Assembly (NCBI GenBank): GCA_036785375.1
Contig: JAWMAR010000104.1
Span: 4,526,001 to 4,590,000, forward strand
Direction: 5' to 3'
Length of the DNA stretch: 64,000 nucleotides
DNA from: Leucoraja ocellata
Lineage: Eukaryota
Shown here: piece after piece, positions 57,101 through 64,000 of the stretch
Position numbering within the stretch: position 1 is the first letter of the stretch
How the letters are laid out: each line of letters begins with the position of its first letter
Position numbers and translations under genes: made by a program
The notes under the pieces: generated by a model
What the model saw: only the letters and a program-made list of their open reading frames with translations
Told to the model about the DNA's origin: nothing
Databases searched by the model: none

Positions 57101-59691
57101 AGCAATTTCCAACTGAAGGACACAATTACCTATTAATCCATATTTATTTTTCTCGTACGTAATGTGCCATAGATAACACTAAATTATTGGTACCACATTT
57201 ATTGTGTAAAATGCCTTTTCATTGAAAGCTGACAAGATGGCCCAAAGTACTTGTCTTGTATTCAAAACAATTCGAGTTTCATTTCTGGTATTAAGTAAAC
57301 TGCGGATGCTCAACATCGTACACGATCCCGGCAAAGTGTGAATGGGACACATCTTTCAGTTGTAGAAGGCAGAATGTTCATCACAAATATGGCATTGGTT
57401 ATGTTCACCATAGGTTGAAAATATTCTGAATATGTCCGATGCCACATATGGTTAACCTGATGTCAATTGGACATCATTATCAAGTTAGCCCTGGGTTTCA
57501 TCTTTTATATTTCATCAAAACATAAACGTTTTACAATGACCGAACCACGCGAAACTAGCGAAAATCAAATTACAATAAGAATAATATCAACCGAATCATT
57601 ATGATTAAACCTGCACAAAACTTCCAAATCAACAAGAAACTCCACAGGTGAGATTACGAATCGTTCTTTCCACCAAACAAGAAGCAAGCTTCTATCGCTA
57701 TTTAGATACGCAACAAACTGTAAAGCAGCCAACGGCGTTTCATGTGCAACAATGCTGGCAATGCTGAAAACACTCACCGATTCAAATATCACCCGAGGAA
57801 ATAAATACAATTAACGTTTCTGGCCTTGGCTCCTTTACCGGAACTATAAAATAATGCAACGACGTTATTTTTCAGTAAGAGCGAGGATGGGAAAGAAAAT
57901 GTAGGAATCTCTCTGATGGTAAGACCAAAAATGGGAAGGTTTCCGTCATTAGGGGAGATTGTATAGGCCGGTGCCAATGTTAGAGATATATAGAATCATG
58001 AGCGGCTCAGATAGGGTAGATGGCCAGTAGCCATTTCCAATGGTAGGGCGGTCCAAAACTAGAAGATAAGTTTTAAGATCAGATGGAGTGCGGTGAGAGT
58101 GGACCAGTTGGCTAATCATTTCAGAAAAAGGGAATATGGCATGTGGATTGAGATTGCCGTGTAGGTGGTGGAGGTGGAAGAGGTAAGTATTTAAACGGCA
58201 CAGAATGGAAATGTGCATATGTAGGGAATTGATGCATATGGAATTTACGCGATGGTGGAATTTGTACAGGTAAATATGATGGTCGGCTTAGATGCGATGT
58301 GCTGAGTGGTCTGTTGCTATGATCTATACCTCCCCAAACAAGAATGAAATACTAAACCGAAATGATAACAGACAAGTGTGGCGAATTCTCGAAGATTGCA
58401 ACTTGTCCATTTGGAAGACGAGGTGCTGCTTTTTTTTCAAGTGTGCGCCTTTGCTTTGTAATGTGTTCCAACGTTGCTGGAAATCAGAGACAAAGGGGTT
58501 AGCTAGTGTGGAAATGTGAATGAAACAGTTAAGCAAACGAAAACTGCGAACGTATGTTGCGTTGCCAGTAGGGTCAGTTAACTAGCACAGACATTGATGA
58601 ATGAATGATACGTTTGAACTGCTAAACCGGCAGGGATGGGGAATCTGTACTCAGTGACGGAATTTTGTTTGAATGTATGCAAGTTGCATTGAATGTGAAA
58701 GTCTGTGAGTGGAAGATAACACATTGAGAAATCCTGTTCTTGTTCCATCCAAGAGGGTGGGTAGTGAGAAGACACTAAGAAAGTATCCATTCATGATTGC
58801 TGGGCGTTAGAAGTTCCTAACACAGAGCAAAAGGCACAATTTGAACCTCAGTTACGCCTGCTACTACTTTCGTTCATTTTTCTCCTCCCTTTCAGACACA
58901 ATACATGTATTTCAGTCATATTCACCTGTTCCGCTACTTCCAAACTAAAGTGGTTTCACTTTTTCATCAGTGTGCCAAACTGACCGTTTCTCAACGTAGG
59001 ATGCTACTTTTCCCCACATATGCAGCCCAACATGCTTAGTGCTTCAATCTCACCAAACATGCTCTCCATCACTTTAATAACTTGCATATTGTTTGGCAAT
59101 GTACATTTGTACCAGGGATGACGTCGCTTTGCATGCCCATTCCGCATCAGGATGACATCAGGACATTCCGATTCATCTAAGATTGGAGATTCGGCCAGTT
59201 TTCCTCAACCAATGCTATCCTCTACATGAACCACTGCCAAAAAATCCCACCTCAACTAGATCCAACTACCACTTGATATAGTTTGTCCTGAGCCTTCCCC
59301 TCTTCTGTTTCTACCAACAAGGTTCTTCTCCTGTCGTCAATAAGGACTCGACACCAAACGTCAACTGGCTCCAGTTGCTGCCTGACTCATCGATTTCCTC
59401 CAGGCAGTTGTGCTCACAATTTCAGCATCTGCCATCAGCACGTTTATGCACATTATCCCGAGACAGCAGGAGTGCCTTTAGAAATAAAAGATACAATTTC
59501 AAAATGTTTTCATTCCAGTTGTAGGAAAATTATATTTTTAACAATTGTACTCCCATTTAAGCGATAGAGAAAATATGCAACAAAGGAATGTTTTTTTAAA
59601 AATATTTAACTCGCACTGATTCATATTTCCGGCCAGATGTAAAATGGCCGCACACAAAATTGGCATTCCTTAATCTACGCATCAGTGTTAT

Positions 59692-62076
59692 TTAGCATTG
59701 GGCTTGAGAGGTGGGTGCGCCGCATGGCTTCAAGAAGAGAAAATCGCTTTTCGCTGACTCTGGAGAAAGACAGACCGAGTATTGATTCGGCTCTTGCAAA
59801 CGGAGTACCCGGCCCGTCCCAGGATAGCGTAAAGTTTCCTCCATGGCAGATCTCCCATTAAGCGTGCCGTGAGAACCCGCATGATTGTAAGAATAATTGG
59901 GAGAGTTATAATCTTGGATATTAATTCTGTCCTGTTTACACTTGATGCCAATCAACAGAACGATGATCAGAAGAAAGATCACTGAAGTGCAACTGAAAAT
60001 GATGATTAAATAAACGTTTGGATCAGAGAAATATTCTGGAGTCTTCACCAAGGTACTGCTTTCGCCGGTTCCTTCAGTGCTGTTCCACAAAATTCTAATG
60101 TGGATTGTAACTGTGCTGGTCAGGCTTGGCTGCCCATTGTCCTTAACCAAGATGACTAGAGTTTGTACAACAGTATCTGACTGCATAATATTGCGCGCTG
60201 TTCTGATTTCACCTGAATGTTGTCCAACGTTGTACAAACCAGGGTCGGTAGATTTCACCATCTGATAAAAGAGCCGAGCGTTCTGACCAGAATCGGCATC
60301 AGTTGCCATTATCTTGGTGACCAAGTACCCTTGACCCGCTATCTGGGGCACGATCTCCACTGTTGCTGGGCCACTTTGTTCTGAAGGTGAAACAATTACC
60401 GGCGCGTTGTCATTTTGATCCAGGATGATCACATTCACCGTGGCACTGCTGCTCAACGGAGGCACCCCTGCGTCACGGGCTTGTATACGGATCTGGAAGT
60501 TCTTGAGTTCCTCGTGGTCAAAGGAACGCAGCGCGTAAATAGTACCGTTCATTGTGTTAATAGTGACATAAGTGGATACTGGCATGTTTTGGATATGATT
60601 ATCGAGAACGTAGTAGGAAACATAGGAATTCTGATCCAGATCGGGATCCGTTGCAGTCACTGTAAAAATGAATGCACCCGGAGGGTTATTCTCCATTACA
60701 TATACGTTGTAGGATGCATCACCGAACTGCGGTGTGTTATCATTAACGTCTGAAATTGCAATCTGGATGGTTTTATTTGATGAAAGTGACGGCGACCCCA
60801 AGTCCCAGGCTGAAATACGTATGTCATACTCAGAGATGACTTCACGGTCCAACGTTTCACTCGTAGTTAATTTATAGTGGTTCGATGTCTTTTGCAGTCG
60901 AAATGGGACGTTCTTTTGTATCTCGCAACGTACTTGACCGTTCGCTCCTGAATCACGATCCATTACATTAATCAGGGATATGAAACTTCCTGGTGGCGCA
61001 TTTTCCTGGATTTTGTTGGAAGCCGATGTTACCTTTATCTCAGGTGCACAGTCGTTCACATCAGTGACTTCGATCAGTACATTGGAGTGTCCTGTCATTT
61101 CAGGGGAACCGTGGTCCTGGGCTTGAATATCCAGAGAATAGCTGTTTACTTCTTCAAAATCTAGTGGTTGTTGGACTCGAATCTCCCCGGTGCCTGGTTC
61201 CAAACTGAAAACATTTTGCGCTCTTCGCAAAGCAACATCACTAAAACGATATGTCAGTTCCGCATTCAGTCCTTCGTCCAAATCATTTGCTTTGACTTTC
61301 AGCACCAACGTACCCCGAGGCGCGTTCTCTCTGACGCTACCTCTGTAAATATCATGATCGAACACAGGTGGATTATCATTGAAGTCCAGTACAGTAATGA
61401 GAATCTGAGTTGTGGCTGATCTCTGAGGGGTTCCGCCGTCAGTCGCAGTAAGCAAGAGTTGAAATGATGATTGTAGTTCTCGGTCCAAATATTTCTCCAA
61501 GAGCAATTCGACAATTATAATGCCGCTCTCGGTTTTCTGTGTTCTTAGGCTAAAGTGGTCACTCGAACCGATTGTGTAAGCGGCCACGGTATTTGTACCA
61601 ATGTCCGGATCATCCGCGCCCTCGACTCGGAAACGTGCACCTGGTGCACTCGCTTCTGACATCTGCAAAGCAATGCCCCTCTGCGGGAAAGTGGGGGAAT
61701 TGTCATTTACGTCAAGAATCTCCAATTCCCCTTCATACACCTCCAACGGGTTTTCCAGTATTGTTTCGAAACGTATAGTACATTGATCATTCTGTCCACA
61801 AATACGTTCCCGGTCGATTCTTTCACGAATACTCATGATTCCATTGTCCAAACTAACCTTCATGTATCTCCCTCCGTCATCGGAGCTCAGTCGGAATTTG
61901 CGAGCTGATAATTGATGTACACTCAGGCTCAAATCCACAGCGATATTCCCAACAAATGCACCTTGCTCCATTTCCTCGGGAATAGAATAGCGAATTTGCC
62001 CGCAGATAAGACCAGGTCGACATATCGCAAATATGCAAGCAAACACAGTGAAAGCAAACCTCGGTAGATACGCCAT
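59692..62076 (-). CDS. Clustered protocadherin gene 8 (gamma-like, single ORF), 794 aa
   Basis: ATG at 62076 (MAYLPRF; the track's start is an upstream TTG). Six cadherin repeats, TM, YSVCLSPESAKSDFLFLKP, ends SQAQC. Confidence 0.95.
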   Translation of the reverse strand: MAYLPRFAFTVFACIFAICRPGLICGQIRYSIPEEMEQGAFVGNIAVDLSLSVHQLSARKFRLSSDDGGRYMKVSLDNGIMSIRERIDRERICGQNDQCTIRFETILENPLEVYEGELEILDVNDNSPTFPQRGIALQMSEASAPGARFRVEGADDPDIGTNTVAAYTIGSSDHFSLRTQKTESGIIIVELLLEKYLDRELQSSFQLLLTATDGGTPQRSATTQILITVLDFNDNPPVFDHDIYRGSVRENAPRGTLVLKVKANDLDEGLNAELTYRFSDVALRRAQNVFSLEPGTGEIRVQQPLDFEEVNSYSLDIQAQDHGSPEMTGHSNVLIEVTDVNDCAPEIKVTSASNKIQENAPPGSFISLINVMDRDSGANGQVRCEIQKNVPFRLQKTSNHYKLTTSETLDREVISEYDIRISAWDLGSPSLSSNKTIQIAISDVNDNTPQFGDASYNVYVMENNPPGAFIFTVTATDPDLDQNSYVSYYVLDNHIQNMPVSTYVTINTMNGTIYALRSFDHEELKNFQIRIQARDAGVPPLSSSATVNVIILDQNDNAPVIVSPSEQSGPATVEIVPQIAGQGYLVTKIMATDADSGQNARLFYQMVKSTDPGLYNVGQHSGEIRTARNIMQSDTVVQTLVILVKDNGQPSLTSTVTIHIRILWNSTEGTGESSTLVKTPEYFSDPNVYLIIIFSCTSVIFLLIIVLLIGIKCKQDRINIQDYNSPNYSYNHAGSHGTLNGRSAMEETLRYPGTGRVLRLQEPNQYSVCLSPESAKSDFLFLKPCGAPTSQAQC

Positions 62077-62224
62077 TGTTCCGCGCCCCGTCAAATTCCA
62101 AGACTAGGCCTCTCTTCGGTTAATCCGTGCAGATGGTCCACGCACCAGATAAAAAAATCTTATATATTTCCAATCCCCCATCTAAACAGACGGGAAATGT
62201 ATCCTCCTCAGCTTGTTTCGGCAA

Positions 62225-62395
62225 TGGAAACGCAGGCACAGCTCGTCTCTGTCGTCGGGTCTGGCGTTTTTATTCTGGAGATGTGGGAGGGGCAATGGAT
62301 CCATCTGCGTACTCGAGCTTTTCATTGGTAGACAGCGACACGACCAGTTCTTTTCAACAACTGCAGCTACAATTCTTAAAGCTGTACCGCTCTCC
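62225..62395 (-). promoter_or_regulatory. Conserved Pcdh promoter with CSE/CGCT box (core ~62321-62347)
   Basis: Minus strand CTGGTCGTGTCGCTGTCTACCAATGAA. Confidence 0.8.
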
Positions 62396-62939
62396 TGCAC
62401 ATTTAATTGTGTGCAACCATAAAATGCCCTAAATAAATAAATGTTTGAAGAAGGAGCTTTGTTTTACGTTTAACTTCGAATATCACATCAGGCACATCCG
62501 GATAGGGTTATTACTAAAACATTCTGTCCGTCTGTTAGAATGCACAGCGATATTCCCAACAAATGTTCCTTGCTTCATAAATAGATTATCGGATATAACG
62601 TCTTTGTTTACAGTTGTTGGAACTCTTATAATCGCTCATCCGGGCAGTAAGAAAATATATTCATATAACGACTGCATAATTTCCTTTGATATGATTATGC
62701 CCATTCCAACGAAAATAATTTTAAAGCAAAGTTGACCTCTTTAGCGATCATAGGACATAATCATAATTTAATTATCACTTTCCAGATAGCGGAGAAGATG
62801 TTCGTGAACACAATGCTTTCGATTGGCTAATTGCTGAACCAAATACCTCTATAAAGGGAATGATTGTTGGTGAAATGCATCGTCACGTCCAATCAAGCCG
62901 GGTTTATTGACACGTGCATGCATAAACATTGTGAGGTGT

Positions 62940-63085
62940 AAGGATGAACAGCAGATGCCGGTTTAATCCGAAGATAGACACAAAAAGCTGGAGAAACTCA
63001 GCGGGACAGCCAACATCTCTGGAGAGAAGGAATGTATGACGTTTCGGATCGAGACTCTTCTCCAGTCTCGACCCAACACGTCACG
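62940..63085. mobile_element. Short Penelope-terminus-derived repeat with decayed hammerhead-like motif
   Basis: GCAGATGCCGGTTTAATCCGAAGATAGACACAAAAAGCTGGAGAAACTCAGCGGGACAG..TGACGTTTCGGATCGAGACTCTTCTCCAG; same family as the ends of the 29.8- and 36.2-kb elements and the fragments at ~1720, ~8825 and ~41720. Confidence 0.6.
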
Positions 63086-64000
63086 CAGGGTATTGTAAGG
63101 TAATGGTAAAATGTAAATCTTCCCTGCATCAGTTTCACAAGCACAAAACCCGACAGATATTGTGGGAAGCATGGAAAATAGTTATCGTTATGTGTATCAC
63201 CGCAGGATATATATATTTTTTAAATTCTTATTTCAATTCTGCTGCTGGAGTTTGCAGTGGACGATCAACATCGTGCATGATCCGAGCAACGTTTGAGAGG
63301 GACAAGTTCTTAATGTCGTGGAAAGAATCTTAATCAAAATGAATGCTTTGGTCATGTTCACCACTCATTGAACATTTTCTGAAGATTTCTGATGACACAA
63401 TAGACTAATTGGGTGTCAATTATACGTCTTTCTTCAGTTAGCTGGGTTTCACGTTTTATATTCCATAACCACACGATCTATTTCCATTGACTGAACCATG
63501 CGAAACTAGCAAAAATCAAATTGTAATCAAATCAATATCAACCGAGTAATTGTAATAAAACTTACAAACATTCCGAATGAACACGAAAAACTAGAGGTGA
63601 CAACAAGAATGGAAATAGACTGTTTTTCAGTAGGTGTGAGGATGGGGAAGTAAAGGAGAGAAAATAGGAATCTCTCAAAGGCCACCACCAGATAAATATA
63701 TAAACTCGTCGGAGCGGATCTTAGGACACAAAATGCTTCACTGCTTCTGTGGTACATGATTAATAACAAGGGAAATTGATATGTTCATGGTAATAAACGG
63801 ACAGCGAATTGGGGTAAACTAGATTTGGTCTTTAAACATGGGAGCATAAATAGACAGGGTTGCAAAGAAGGTAATGGACATGGTCGGCTTCATCGGCAGC
63901 GGTACTTGATGAAAGAGCTGAGAAGTGTTACTGATGCACAAAGCATAGATTTGGCTGGATTTGAATTATTGTTTACAGAGCTAGTCATCATCTTACAGAA

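Noticed and set aside
59692-59712. C-terminal SQAQ resembling the Pcdh-gamma constant-region FSQAQRP; terminal Cys as a prenylation signal
   Set aside because: Only a 4-residue match with no flanking similarity; not a CAAX or CC motif, and the Cys is replaced by Ser or lost in several paralogs.
1-64000. CRISPR array, tRNA/rRNA genes or a prokaryotic defence or mobile system
   Set aside because: No short repeat-spacer arrays or structural RNA genes were seen; the periodicity is a kb-scale vertebrate gene duplication.

Overview
Eukaryotic (vertebrate) genomic DNA, almost certainly from a cartilaginous fish (probably a skate or ray, inferred from HE1/V-SINE-like and HER1/CR1-like repeats), showing part of a clustered protocadherin (Pcdh) tandem array. 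All genes lie on the minus strand in a duplicated unit of roughly 6-7.5 kb. There are seven intact single-ORF Pcdh genes (790-795 aa: signal peptide, six cadherin repeats, TM, ~85-aa tail), one frameshifted copy running into an assembly gap, one promoterless 3' pseudogene fragment, and one 'empty' unit whose gene and promoter are replaced by foreign DNA. Each full-length gene has a conserved promoter with the CGCT-box/CSE about 250 bp upstream of the ATG. Each ORF ends in its own stop codon with no evident splice donor, and most are followed by AATAAA 150-190 nt later. This suggests gamma-like ectodomains in a beta-like, constant-exon-free architecture, which needs RNA-seq to confirm. Gene 5 looks like a gene4/gene6 unequal-crossover chimera. 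Intergenic DNA carries CR1, Rex1-like, Penelope-like (with decayed hammerhead motifs), SINE and DNA-transposon-like remnants. There are two N gaps. No RNA genes, CRISPR arrays or prokaryotic systems are evident. Repeat boundaries are approximate and were read by eye.
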